A stretch of 64,000 nt of DNA from NCBI RefSeq assembly GCF_964355755.1, contig NC_092673.1:31121648-31185647 (forward strand). Reading direction: 5' to 3'. This document shows positions 26,351 through 39,152 of the stretch, piece after piece. How positions within the stretch are numbered: position 1 is the stretch's first letter; each line of letters starts with the position of its first letter. The position numbers were made by a program, and so were the translations under genes. This DNA is from Antedon mediterranea (lineage: Eukaryota > Animalia > Echinodermata). Below the pieces are notes generated by a model. That model was given only the letters and a program-made list of their open reading frames with translations, was not told where the DNA came from and ran no database searches.

Positions 26351-26845
26351 CCTGAATAAGGGTGTCCCCTGAATAAGGGTGTCCCCTGAATAAGGGTGTC
26401 CCCTGAATAAAGGTGTCACCTGAATAAGGGTGTCACCTGAATAAGGGTGTCCCCTGAATAAGGGTGTCCCCTGAATAGGAATGTCAACTGAATAAGGGTA
26501 TCCCTTGAATAAGGGTGTCCCCTGAATAAGGGTGTCCCCTGAATAAGGGTGTCCCCTGAATTAGGGTGTCCCCTGAATTAAGGTGTCCCCTGAATAGGAA
26601 TGTCAACTGAATAAGGGTGTCCCCTTAATAGGGATGTTCCCATAATAGGGATGTCCCCTTATTAGGAATGTCAACTGAATATGGGTGTCCCCTGAATAGG
26701 AATGTCAACTGAATAAGGGTGTCCCCTTAATAGGGATGTTCCCATAATAGGGGTGTCACCTTAATAGGGGTGTTCACTTAATAGGGGTGTCCCATTAATA
26801 GGGGTGTCCTCTGAATAGGGGTATCCCCTGAATAGAGATGTCTAG
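26323..26845. repeat. 17-bp minisatellite (CCCTGAATAAGGGTGTC)n, ~30 units
   Basis: Seen directly; related motif in MITE-like pieces at 44060-44270, 44898-44940, 48300-48355. Confidence 0.92.
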
Positions 26846-29149
26846 AAGGAGGAGTTCTACTAGTTGGATTGAGAGGTACAATGAATGTGAGAGGTTCACA
26901 CGATTCGTGTTTAATTGTCAAAGTCTTTAATCATCTTATTGATTTTATATGTGTTAACATTATCTGAAAATATGTTTTTTTTAGTCATTTATCACAAATC
27001 GTGCTTATCTTCATACAATATTTTGGCATGTTATGATATGTAAGATAGCTTACGTCATCTAGTTTCTCATGAGGGATCTGCAACACTTGTTCACACCAAC
27101 AATTGATGCTAGATTAATTTGTTTTTAACGATTCCGATGCATTCGAAAAAATTAGCACTGAGATGAATTATAAAAATATATCATTTTCAATATTCTATAT
27201 ATTTAGTTTTATTTAGTTATATTTAGCAAAAATGCATGAACTTTACACAAGACAAAGAAATTGTTGTAACAACAATTTATTGCAAAAGATATATTGATAA
27301 AAAAAAATTACAAATTATATTAAAATTGCATTGTAATGTACAACAAAAAGACCATATACATGGCTGCAGTCGCGTGCTCAAATTGTACTGTTTACCGACC
27401 AACATAGTGAGATGTAGAGTCGCGTTTGCACGCGACCAAAAATATATTGCACAACCACATTAAAATGTAAGTAAATTACTGCAAATTTGTACATCAAAAG
27501 ATTGACATACTGTACAATAAAATTACATTAAATATCTATCCATCCGGGAACTTTAATTGCTATTTTTATTTTTATTTTTATTTTTGCGCACGCGACTGCA
27601 GCCATGTATGGCCTTGTTTGAGCCAGCAATGGTTTTACTGTTAATCACATTGAGGTTTTAGTATAAAGCTTGAATTATTATTAGCAATATTAAAAATAAA
27701 AATTATTTAACTTTCCAATGAGCATGCACGAATTTCTGGCAAGATTTATTATTTCGCAGACTAGTTGCGTTATTCGGAATAGAATGTTCATAATTGTCGC
27801 AAATTTCTTAGCAACGGCCTGATCGTCCCATGGTGGGTTTAAAATGTAGTGGAAAACTTTCCCAGTGCCTATTTTCTGATCATTTTGATACCTCGTAACC
27901 CCCAACTCCCTAATACGCAACAGTAGGTATTTAGACCTCTATTTTTGCCGCGATATTGGATCCAAAATGGCGGATAATGTTCAAACGTCATGTCAGCATT
28001 CCCAGTAAAATTGAAATTTTGATGTATGGATGCATATTAGTAATATTGTATAATGAACAAACGATTAATCGATCATTAAACGTTGAGCTGTAAAACATGT
28101 AGAAATGAACTCATAATAGTTATCTATTAATAAGGCCTAAACAATACTATAATTCCTGTCAAGTTTCAAATAATAATTGTAAAGGTGTGTGGAAATGTGA
28201 CTGTTTTAAAGTTTTTAAGCTACCACTATTTCAGCGCTTTGGTCTTTTTTGGAAAAGCGCTTTATAAATCTATATATAGATTGTCAACAGAGTGTTGAAT
28301 GTGCAAAGAATACCACAATTGAGAATTGACAATCATATTTCCCTTTACTTGTGTTTTTTGTTGTATTTTAGACAAGCCGTATGTTATATGCCATAGAATT
28401 GTTGTTTGTTTTGTTTTTTTGGGAACCTTTTATTTAATAATTATAACTTAAATAAACATAGCTAGCAAAGATACCCACCCCAGGTCGGGTTTCAAATGTA
28501 ATTTAAAACATTCTCAGTACAATTTCGATGCGTGCTGTGGCAACGATAACAAACAAACGTAGGCCTACAAACTCTCTCTTATTTATAGATATGTAAATTT
28601 TAAACAGAACGAGAAATTCTATACCGTCCAGGGTTATATTGACATAGACAGAAATGTAATGTGTGTTTAAATACATAATGTACATTAATGTTCAAATAGT
28701 TTAGTGTGTGTTGATTTACATTACTGGTGAATAGGCCGAGTTTACCCGGGGCCGAGTTGATGCGACGGTCGAGTAAGTAGACAGAGACATAAATAGTTTA
28801 GGACCGACTTGACCCGGCTACCGTTCAGAATAGAAAACCTAAATCAACACCCTTTTTCGGTAAATGTAAAGATTGGTTTGATTACATCTCTGATTTTTTT
28901 TTTTCGTAATGTTATTAAGACAAGATTTTTAAATTTACAATCGTAACTGGACAACAATGTCTGGATATTCATAGTATTTTCCCATGTAACATCTTGATTT
29001 ATATATTAAATTAAATCTCAAATTTATATAAATGGAAGTCAGTTTAGGTGAAATTCTTTTAACACTAAAAAACCTTTTAAAGGGGGACTAATTTTACGAC
29101 TTTCTTCACCATTGTCGGAAAATAAGTGGAATTGTAATATTATGTAATA

Positions 29150-29755
29150 TATATATAAATCCAAAGGCAAATTACTGAAAAAATGACAATGCTGTGGGTA
29201 TCAGTGGCTGGATCTCAATGGAGATACAAAAAAAAAGCGAAAAGCTAAATCAAAACGATAAAGTAAACAGCCAGAAAAGTTAGCAGAGCTTTCGGGCAAC
29301 ACTCGGTTGGGGCGACTTTTTCTCATTCTCACAGATTTCCTCATCTTTATCGTTTCAAATTAATTAAATTTCAGTATATCACCGGGCGGTTTAGAATTAA
29401 TGTTCTTTGCCTGATTTGTTTATATATATTCATTCAGAGCCAAGCACCTGAAGATTGAGTTCATACTCATGAAACAGCCTGTAGTGCAATAAAATGTTCA
29501 GTTGGTAATTTACTAGCGTCTTTATCATTTATTTATATATATATATATATATAAATCCAAAGGCAAATTACTGAAAAAAATGACAATGCTGTGGGTATCA
29601 GTGGCTGGATCTCAATGGAGATACAAAAATAAAAAGCGAAAAGCTAAATCAAAACGATAAAGTAAACAGCCAGAAAAGTTAGCAGAGCTTTCGGGCAACA
29701 CTAGCCCTTCATCGGTGCAAGTGAAGGAATTTGGATATATATATATATATATATA
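29150..29755 (-). mobile_element. Two copies of a PLE 3'-end repeat (29155-29302, 29550-29735) with a degenerate hammerhead; third copy at 46684-46855
   Basis: aaatccaaaggcaaattactg...gctggatctcaatggagatac...gctttcgggcaacact is duplicated; minus strand reads CCGATGA-AGGGC...GCCC-GAAAGC; embedded in (TA)n. Confidence 0.7.
29444..29488 (+). ncRNA. Minimal type I hammerhead ribozyme in a SINE-like tail
   Basis: GCAC-CTGAAGA-T-TGAGT-TCAT-ACTCA-T-GAAACAG-C-CTGTA-GTGC: stem I GCAC/GTGC, stem II 5 bp, stem III ACAG/CTGT, GUA triplet. Confidence 0.65.
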
Positions 29756-29759
29756 AATC

Positions 29760-30222
29760 AAAGAGCTGCATAGGCAGGATATAGAAAAAATCAAGATCAA
29801 ATAAGTTAAAACTGCCTCAATATAGATTTATTTTAACGACATGTTTCGGGCATAGCCCATCATCAGGTGAAAGGAATTGTAACAAAGGATAACATATATA
29901 AGTCACAAAATTACATAATAAAACAAATCAGCCATTCAAAGATGTTAACAAACAAAAGGCATAGTTATAAAGGCACGCCTCCAAAAGCTATGGGTTACAA
30001 AGCAGGAATGGTTGCTTATAAAGCAGGAAATTTAAAACAAAGACAAAAGCTTCAAGTGTAAATAATTGTTAATATGTGAATGTCTCTGGCAAAATTAATG
30101 TTTAAAAGATCTAAATTGTACATTATGCCGGTAGGGGCAAGAGTGCCAAACTTTACAATTAGTCTTTCTTCTATAATTCTACGAGATGTCTCAGAACCAT
30201 TACATACTTTAACACCAGATAT
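29760..30222 (-). mobile_element. 5'-truncated Penelope-like retroelement (GIY-YIG C-terminus plus 3' hammerhead)
   Basis: Minus strand 30222-30125 translates ISGVKVCNGSETSRRIIEERLIVKFGTLAPTGI, like the PLE endonuclease end (R..E..LI..GTL.P.G.N); hammerhead at 29833-29871; flanked by (TA)n. Confidence 0.75.
29833..29871 (-). ncRNA. Minimal type I hammerhead ribozyme (PLE type)
   Basis: TTCAC-CTGATGA-T-GGGC-TAT-GCCC-GAAAC-AT-GTC-GTTAA: intact core, stem II, palindromic stem III (ACATGT), GUC cleavage triplet. Confidence 0.8.
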
Positions 30223-30934
30223 ATATTATATAAATGTTCCTTGAATTGAATTGAATTGAATTGAATATGTTGTTCAAATGTTATGTTTATATATTATAAT
30301 AAACTATGTAAATTTAAAAAACGGATCTACCAGAACAAAAACGTCGCTTAGTTGTGAATAATTTCTACCTATAATTTGTCCAGTAAGGCGTCAATTTGTA
30401 ATAGCCCCAATTTTGTTGAACGCGGAGTAAACAGTTTCGTTCCCACTATGACGCAACGTAAGGACGTATGCGCAACATTAATTAATTAATTTGACCAATC
30501 ACAAGTCATGGATTATTCGAACTGTCTCTGAAAAATCGCCTTTGCTGTTGCTTCCTAGCGCGAATCAAGCAAGACGATGTACACAACAGGTTGTTATATT
30601 TTTTGAACACCTACACCCATCATAGCCAACGGGTTAACATCGCATCCGAATGGTGTTATAATATAAGTATTATCATCCATTTTTTTTTCTTTCGTTATCA
30701 CATTTTTGGTGATTTAACATAACATAGTCAAAGAATTTCACCGCCCTGTTATTTTCACGATGAAATTAATATTAAACAACTGCGAAACATCCACCCGTGA
30801 CGTGTTCCAGGTTCGTGGATCACCAACACGTCTGGTGTATTATACGCGCGAAAAGGTGTAGGTTCCATCCTTGGAGAGTTCATTCGCCGTCAAAATAGTA
30901 TCTTTTGTTAGATTTCACAGAAACTGGTTTTTTT

Positions 30935-31140
30935 TTAATACAGTAAAAAGAATGAAAATAGAACAAATATTAACAACTTTTGTATTTATTTACATAAGTT
31001 TTGAAATAACAGTTTTGAACATTAAAACAAACATGTAACATTCATTAAGGTAAGTGTAACTAAATCAATTAATAACCCTGAATTTGTTGCCACTAACTAC
31101 AAATAATCTTTGTTTTGGTATTTATCATTTTAAACATTTT
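30935..31140 (-). other. Conserved 3'-UTR/polyadenylation block of copy A (homologous to 37478-37700 of copy B)
   Basis: aatacagtaaaaagaat...tttatt...gttttgaaataa.agttttgaacattaaaacaa occurs downstream of both paralogues and contains AATAAA on the minus strand. Confidence 0.65.
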
Positions 31141-31204
31141 TCCCCGTAAATAATATAGTTAGTCCATCAATGATACAGTCCTTATCGTAAATTGAGTTAT
31201 ATAG

Positions 31205-31524
<320 letters not shown>

Positions 31525-31529
<5 letters not shown>

Positions 31530-31703
31530 AAATTAGGCAAAGAACATTAATTCTAAACCGCCCGGTGATATACTGAAATTTAATTAATTAATTTGAAACG
31601 ATAAAGATGAGGAAATCTGTGAGAATGAGAAAAAGTCGCCCCAACCGAGACTAGAACCGCCTGCTTGATAATCAGATGTCCCAACCATTAGACCACTGGG
31701 GCT
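31525..31703 (-). mobile_element. tRNA-derived SINE
   Basis: Head GCCCCAGTGGTCTAATGG (A box)...GGTTCTAGTCTC (B box-like); body matches 29302-29428 inverted; related heads at 22483, 24887 and inside the giant elements (~51385-51490). Confidence 0.65.
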
Positions 31704-32501
31704 TTCATGGTATTGTTCGAACTCGATTGGATATATATATATTTACTTCAGGTGTAAAAACAAAAGCTATTTAATATACAAAATTATACATGTTTATGAG
31801 TTTAATAGAGATAATATTGTTATGATTAACTTTTAAACAAATAAAGCTGCCGTAAAAAAAAGCAACGCTCGGATTTTGTACGCGTGTACAACAGTATAGA
31901 CGGCGCACAGTTTGGCCTTTGAACAGCAGTCTCGCGTTTGCCAAAACATGTTTACAAAATGAACCAATCAGAGTTAATCAGATAGTCTTGGATACACTAG
32001 TATTATAACAACATGTGATAACGCAAGAAGATGCGTCAAGGCCTTAGAATGTTAGAACAATACTACATTACTTCAATAATTAATCCTATTCTTTTACAAC
32101 GAAGTTTTGAACTTCCATGTTTCTGCTAACGAAATAGTTACATTCTCTTAAACAGTAAGTCAGTGTAACGCCCCTTTAATGTATATTTTACAAACTAGGG
32201 TGATTTGGAAAATCGTGATCTAAATAAATTGTGTTTTAATATTAAAATATTGCACTTTTTAAAATAAACTAAATTATTTACTACTATAGTAAAAATAAAT
32301 ACATATAAACAGATCTGTGAAGTTACAAGTTATATCAACTGATAACGACGTGTTCCCCATTATCTTAGTTAGGCCTAACTTTTGTTTAAATAATATGAAA
32401 ATGTCAATAAGCTCGGTGCGTCATCAGGGTCCAAGTGGCTGTAAGGAAGGTCAACGAAGGCACGCTGGAACGATCTGTTTTGCTGTGTATTTCATTTCAG
32501 T

Positions 32502-32885
32502 TCATTTTCTACCTACTCGTAAACCTGGCAACTCTAACTTTTGGTAGAGTTCATCCAAGGCTCTTCGGAGCGAGTCTTCTACGGGGGATGAACGTCGCTC
32601 TGCTACGCTTGGACGACCATTTCTCTTAGGACGTTTGCTAGGATAGGAACTTAAATAGGTGTACTGAGAATATTGTTCTGGACTTTCTTCGTTGTGACTG
32701 TTTGTCTGCTGGAAATCATTGTTCGTTGCTGGTGAGAGATTGTCATTAAAGATCTGACGTTCGAAGTTGTTTGCTAAATTTGGTTGATATTGTTTTCGCC
32801 TCAGGAGCCGATTAAGTGTACCAGCATCAATACTTGCGATGGCGACGATGCAAACTATCACAAGTATCAATTGGAACGACGACAT
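32502..32885 (-). CDS. Secreted neuropeptide/prohormone-like precursor, copy A (127 aa; C-terminus ...LPGLRV-GRK)
   Basis: Signal peptide MSSFQLILVIVCIVAIASIDA; convertase sites RRK, KRPKR, RR, RR; terminal G-R-K amidation signal; ATG preceded by acceptor ttttttcttacag|AACT; paralogue at 38065-38448 starts at the same ATG. Confidence 0.85.
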   Translation of the reverse strand: MSSFQLILVIVCIVAIASIDAGTLNRLLRRKQYQPNLANNFERQIFNDNLSPATNNDFQQTNSHNEESPEQYSQYTYLSSYPSKRPKRNGRPSVAERRSSPVEDSLRRALDELYQKLELPGLRVGRK

Positions 32886-33515
32886 AGTTCTGTAAGAAAA
32901 AATAATAATAATAAGGTTCAATTTATGGTAAGTGCGACGCCTTATAGACTGGTGCTGTTTTGTAGAACATCGGGGTTTTTTTGGAAAACATAGAAAATAC
33001 AGAACATAATGATTTTTAATGAATAATATGGCAAAAGGGACATTTTTATTGGATGTCATGTAGAGTGAAACACATTTTTCTGATAAAACTCAGCAAAACG
33101 CCTATTCTTTTAAAGCAAACAAGGATAATTAAAATAAAAAACGTCAATGATCAAGAGATGCACACGCGCGCGTACAATTGTATGCGCGTACAAATGTCGA
33201 CAAAATAGTTTTAGTATTTTGTACGAACGTACTAATTTTCGTTAGCTTTTATTTCTGTACTGTCAGTAACGCTATGTTAGAAATCACTGATGAAACTGTT
33301 TAAATTAAATTTCGAATCTTGTTTATCTGATAGATTTTGAGGTAAAACTTAATTGGTTAATAAACCATATGTTGTGGGCTATCTTTTAAATAGAGTGTTA
33401 AACGTGGCGAATACAAAATTCGAAACAACTTTCATAATAAAAGTGAAAATAATATATATTAAATCCTCTATAAATAACAGCATGGGACCCAAAGTGTCCT
33501 ATTGATAATAGTTAA

Positions 33516-33634
33516 AGATGTATTGTCCCCCACAAAATTTTACATTTTTTTGTTGAATATGACATTTTAATGTCACATAATAGTATTTACTAAAAAAAAT
33601 AGTCATGTTCATGTTTTTTGGGGACAATACATCT
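33516..33634. mobile_element. Kolobok-like MITE with TTAA TSD
   Basis: ttaa|AGATGTATTGTCCCC...GGGGACAATACATCT|ttaa. Confidence 0.7.
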
Positions 33635-34142
33635 TTAAATGAATAAAGGTCTAAAAAAGTGTGATGTGCCCAAATATGGTAGTGATATGCTTAAATATGG
33701 TAGTAATATGGGTTGGCTGTAAGTGTTTAAAAAAGGTCTTTTTTCACATGTGTCCGAAATGAGGGGCTCTGCTAGGGCCCACAATTCACTTAAAACCCGT
33801 AATTGTTTTCCAAGAACTGACATCCTTTAATAATAATAATGATTTATAGTTTAATTAATGCAACCGTATAATATTTACGTTGTATTTCACTAACATCGTC
33901 GATCGATTTCCATCTTTATGAACATTAGTATTCATGACAATACACACATAACGTTTATTTGATACGCTTGCTTGCAAACGCAATACCGATCTGAATGCGT
34001 TTAACAAACCTAATTCCGTTACGGTGATTAAATTACAATTTTCACTATACATGTCAATTTGGTATTTTACGACAAATACTATACAATATCTTTAATTATA
34101 AAAAAAATATGAAATTTTGCGTAAAAATTATTTGATATTTAC

Positions 34143-34360
34143 CTGTTTTTTAGACGGTCCCGTAATCTACGTAAAATATCAACCACAAAGCGGAGTCTTC
34201 TTCTTTCTCTATTCAATCGAAAAAAACAAAATGTTTCACGAAGCTTTTCCAATTATTTCACTCAAGTTTGTTTTTCAAATGCTCTGCTCAACTTTTCACT
34301 GAGATAGTCAACGGTCAACTTGCTACTGATGTTTCCAGTTCCACAAGCATGCTTTTATAT
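34143..34360 (-). promoter_or_regulatory. Core promoter and non-coding exon 1 of precursor copy A
   Basis: TATAAAA at 34359-34353; Inr TCAGT with A at 34327 (32 nt downstream); donor CAG|GTAAAT at 34143 that could splice to the acceptor at 32889. Confidence 0.6.
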
Positions 34361-36845
34361 CATCATAGCATCTAATACGCATGCGCAAATTGTCACTTCA
34401 TATCTATGAGTAATTAAACAACATGCTGAGAAGAATCTTCGGCAGTTTGTTCAGAAACTGATATTTATTCAATGTTTGTGTTTTTATTTATGACATTTTA
34501 TAAACAGTTAATGTTATCTTTATTGAATTTTACTATTATTAGAATAAATTTGTATTTCAAAATTCTGTGACTAAGAGTTTGTTTTTTATTCCGATACGAG
34601 TTTTTAGATAAAAATATAATAATTGTAAATAATAAAATATTGATAATTTTTTTTTAATGAAAATAATAATTATATTGTTGATATACGCCTATAAGATGTA
34701 GGCACATAGTTCAACTATCCCAAAGTCATTAGATGTGTGCATGGAAAATAGACCCATTGCAGAATTGGACGGCGGATTTCAAAACCGATAACCGGTAAGG
34801 AAGCGTATGTCATTTCTACTTGTCAATCATGCGATTTCAATTTTTTTTTAAATTTAATTTATAGCTTATTTGGACGCACACTACATGTTGGTTTTCGAAC
34901 GCGAATTATCAAAATGCTGTACCATTAAACGTCACATTTCGGTTTAGTATGGGCGGTCGTTAGTGTTAGAAAAGACAACGTATAAGTTGGCCCTATGAAG
35001 AGACGTCAATATCTTCGGAAAATACTAACATAAACATCGAAATAACGGGCACTCATCGGATATGACCAACACAACTTTACTGTAAAAGAACAAGCAAATG
35101 TGTAATATCGGAAAGGACAAGCAAACACGCGGTAAAGACTAGTACGTCATCGGAAAGGACAAAACCCAAACTCGGAAAGGAAATGCACATCATCGGATCG
35201 GAAAAGACAAGCGCAATATTGTATTTTATCAAAGAATAAAAATAGGTATTATCTTTGATTTTATGTACTGGAATCTCATCCCACATCCGTAGAAATGAAA
35301 TAAAGACAGATATTTTTCAATTTAACAACATTAAAAAACAATACACTTACTGTAAATACATTTTCTTTTTTAAAAACTGAACCGGATGATTGGTTACTGA
35401 CCTATGTTCCTATGCTATGCTTGTTAGTATTTTCCGCAGTTCTTAGTCTTTATTTTTTAGTCTTTAATTTTATCTTTCTAACCTTTTTCATTTTTGCCTT
35501 TCTATTGACATTTTTATATTTATTCTTTATTGAATTTTAACTTTTGTAATATATTTTTTACTTGTAATGTTTTTATGTCGTATTGTTGATAGACTTTCCC
35601 CAAGTCTGTATTTATTGTCTTTTTTTTATTTATTTGTTTTTATTTCGACCGCGATTTTTGTCTGAAAATACAGACTTGTGAAACACGTATAGAAATCGAT
35701 TTGAATCCGATAAGAATGACGTAGGTTATCATACCGTATTTGGCTATATGGGGCGGGCGGTATGTAAATATGGATTTCGAATCAACCAATGATCATTTTG
35801 TTTAAAAATGAAAAAGATCGAGTACGTACGTACAGTGTGCTGAATGTACGATCGAGACTGAACAACTGTTGAAATATAAAATCGTGTTGCCAAGTTGTTT
35901 TGTTTATTAATTGTTCTGGCCTAGGCCTCCTTCGTAGGCTAAGTTTTCAATTGTGTAATTGTATGAATGTACATTCCCATAATTAAAAACCTGGTTCAAA
36001 TTCTGTCGATGGTCTTCTAACTAGGCCTACTACCCTATGATGTTACATGGATCACTGTGGTCAAGTTTGGCGAGAATGGGATAAAAATGGCCTCTAGCTG
36101 TTCAGACCAAAAACATACAGAGTTGAAAACATGACTCCTCGACGGAGGTAACAAAACAACTACTTAAAACAAATACTTAAAAATACGTATCTGTCCTTAA
36201 TTAATTAAGCAAACTGCCTTTTAGTCACTCAGGATTAGCCGTATGTTTTGTGACGTAAATAAACACAAATATTTGTTTCAATAACAGGTGAATCTTTGAA
36301 TAAGAAAGAAACACGTAATAACTGTGGTATAATAAAGAATCAACTTCAGAAGACTAATAATTTGATTACGTAAATCCTCCTCAACAACACGACGATTGTT
36401 TTTGTTAACCGTAAATAATAGTAGGAAGTAATATATCGACTAAACGCAACGTAATATCCGGATGCGATATTTCTTTTCGTACAAAAATCGGGAACCCCTC
36501 ATGAAACGTCACAAAATAAACATGAATATTCATTATTCATATCCATAAGGTGTGACGTAAGAATTGGCCTAACTACAATTCGCTAATGAACGTTTGGTAG
36601 GTTTTATGGACTTTGCATGGCGATGTATGAGGTTCGATATCACGAGCAGTTTCTTTTTTTTTTAATTTTTTTATTTAGTGTGACAGATTATTTAGGTTTA
36701 GTTATGTTAGGAATTAGTTCGGCTACCTTTCACAAAGGGGTCCCCAACTTATGTACGATATTTTTCTGTCTCACTAAATACCAAGAAGAAAGTAGAGAAA
36801 ATTGTTAAAGCAGTTTACAGAATTATAGGAATTTAGTGCCATAAG

Positions 36846-37010
36846 CAGTGGCGTAACGTAGAGACCTGTTTAGGAACCCTAGGTGGCCCTCCAAAGTTGG
36901 AGGCCTCTTATCCTTTTTCCTACGTTAATGCCTCTGGGCACTGCATAGGCCCAATAAGCCCAGGTGCCCCTGAATTTAGCCAGTGAGCGCTCATAGCCGT
37001 TACGCCTCTT
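36846..37010. mobile_element. hAT-type MITE
   Basis: CAGTGGCGTAAC...GTTACGCCtCT termini; 8-bp TSD gccataag/cccataag. Confidence 0.75.
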
Positions 37011-38064
37011 CCCATAAGTAAGAAATTTAAAGTAATTATGTCGATGTGATTTTATTCATCTTTATTTTTCAAGTGTTTTGGGGAGCAATATCTTTAACGC
37101 AAGTATACAATTATTTTAGATAATGTATAAGGAATGCGAGAGTAAAACAATTCGTCACGTGAACTGTCATCGCCTGCTCAGATACTTTGTTGTTTTGCTT
37201 TCCGATTGGGTGTCAACTTTTAATCCATGGTTCAGTAAACATCCAACTTCCCTGGTAAAACAAACGCTAAGAAAAATTGAGGGCAGTATAATGAATTTTT
37301 CAATGGGAATTGTAAAAAAAAAGTGTGTGCCAGAATAAATCTCCACAAGCGACATGTTCCAAATTGGTGGATTAGGAAGTTTCGACTAAAGTGGACTCTG
37401 TTCAAGCATAGAGATATTATAGTGGTTGGAGCTGAACATTGGTTGGACATTATTTTCACAGAGAACTTCTATTTAAAAAATACAGTAAAAAGAATAGAAA
37501 AGTAGACATGTTCTAAACAACTATTTTATTTATTAACATTACGTTTTGAAATAAGAGTTTTGAACATTAAAACAATGTAATGTAACAATGATTAATATGA
37601 AGTTAATGATAATGAAATCAATTAATTAATTAAATATATTAATTAATTATCAACTATAAACTAAACATTCTTCTTTTACCTTTTATCATTTGAAAACTAT
37701 CTATATTATATATAATTAGTACATAAACAAACAACACTATTATTATAGTAATTACAATATACGATTTTTTCATGAGTTTGTTGTACGAGTTTCTTTAATG
37801 AGCTTGATTGACTTTTATTAAATTAATTCGCCAAATTCATCTTGAACTAATGTCAAATAGAAGGCTAGGCCAGAGACGGCTCGTTCTAAAAGTTAGAATT
37901 AGAAGTGTAGAAGCGATGTAGAAAAGTGTTCAAGCTCATCAGAAAATTAGATTCAGATTAATTTAAAAAAAACCTAAATGTGCAATATCTACTTTATGAA
38001 AATCCAAAATGGCTGTAAACAAATGAACGTTGGAATAATCATTTTGCTGTGTATTCCACAAGGC

Positions 38065-38448
38065 TCATTTTCGACCTATTCGTAACCCTGGCAACTCTAA
38101 CTTTTGGTAGAGTTCATCCAAGGCTCTTCGGAGCGAGTCTTCTACGGGGACTGAACGTCGCACTGCTACGCTTGGACGACCATTTCTCTTAGGACGTTTG
38201 CTAGGATAGGAACTTAAATAGGTGTACTGAGAATATTGTTCTGGACTTTCTTCGTTGTGACTGTTTGTCTGCTGGAAATCATTGTTCGTTGCTGGTGAGA
38301 GATTCTCATTAAAGATCTGACGTTCGAAGTTGTTTGCTAAATTTGGTTGATATTGTTTTCGCCTCAGGAGCCGATTAAGTGTACCAGCATCAATACTTGC
38401 GATGGCGACGATGCAAACTATCACAAGTATCAATTGGAACGACGACAT
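38065..38448 (-). CDS. Secreted neuropeptide/prohormone-like precursor, copy B (127 aa; C-terminus ...LPGLRI-GRK)
   Basis: Same architecture as copy A, about 7 nt differences in 384; acceptor ttttttgttacag|AACT ATG. Confidence 0.85.
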   Translation of the reverse strand: MSSFQLILVIVCIVAIASIDAGTLNRLLRRKQYQPNLANNFERQIFNENLSPATNNDFQQTNSHNEESPEQYSQYTYLSSYPSKRPKRNGRPSVAVRRSVPVEDSLRRALDELYQKLELPGLRIGRK

Positions 38449-38653
38449 AGTTCTGTAACAAAAAAACTATAGTGTTAGTTAAATGTGTGGTACGGTGCCT
38501 TATAATAGACTTGTACTTTTATACTTCGTCAAAGCACATACAGGTAATACCGTGAACAAAAGTTCTTGAATGATCATAACCCAAACAAATTTTGTAGATT
38601 TTTAATAAATAATGATAATTAGGTTGAGTACATTTTCATTGGATGTTAAGTAG

Positions 38654-39152
38654 TGACGTCATCATCTCTGGTGATAAAACGCAATAAGTACGTAAGGAGC
38701 ATTGTGGGATAATCCACAGATTCAAACGAGCGCGCGTATAATAGTATGTAGTAGTTTGTAACTGAAATAAAATTTAAACCTATCAATTTAAATTCCATGT
38801 TAGTTTCCACTCCCCTTTCTGTTACGCACAAGAAATAAATAGAAGATAATGCAATACAATGGCTGCTATACGTTTTCTAACTTACACTTATTCTTAACAT
38901 CAAAACAAAAGATAACAAAATCAAATAAACAATTATATCTATATAAATAACAGAGTATATGGTAATGCATAATTAAAATACATAAAGCTATTAAAAACTT
39001 ACACGCTGAGCTCAATGGAATACAGTTAAACTTCAGTTGTTCGCAAACGTCACAGACAGTCAAACAGCCTTGTAGATACTTCAGTAAAACTTCAACAGTT
39101 GATCAGTATAGTACTCGTATTAGGACGTGTTGTGAATGTGCACCTATTTATA
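38654..39152 (-). promoter_or_regulatory. Candidate promoter/non-coding exon 1 of precursor copy B, with intronic CRE
   Basis: TATAAATA at 39152-39145; possible donor AAC|GTATAG near 38872; palindromic CRE TGACGTCA at 38654-38661. Confidence 0.4.

Noticed and set aside
31640-31703. Functional tRNA gene
   Set aside because: A/B boxes are present but no complete cloverleaf; continuous with a dispersed repeat body (SINE head).
32886-33059. 58-aa N-terminal extension of the 185-aa ORF
   Set aside because: It lies upstream of a clear splice acceptor, is absent from the paralogue and would bury the signal peptide; intronic.
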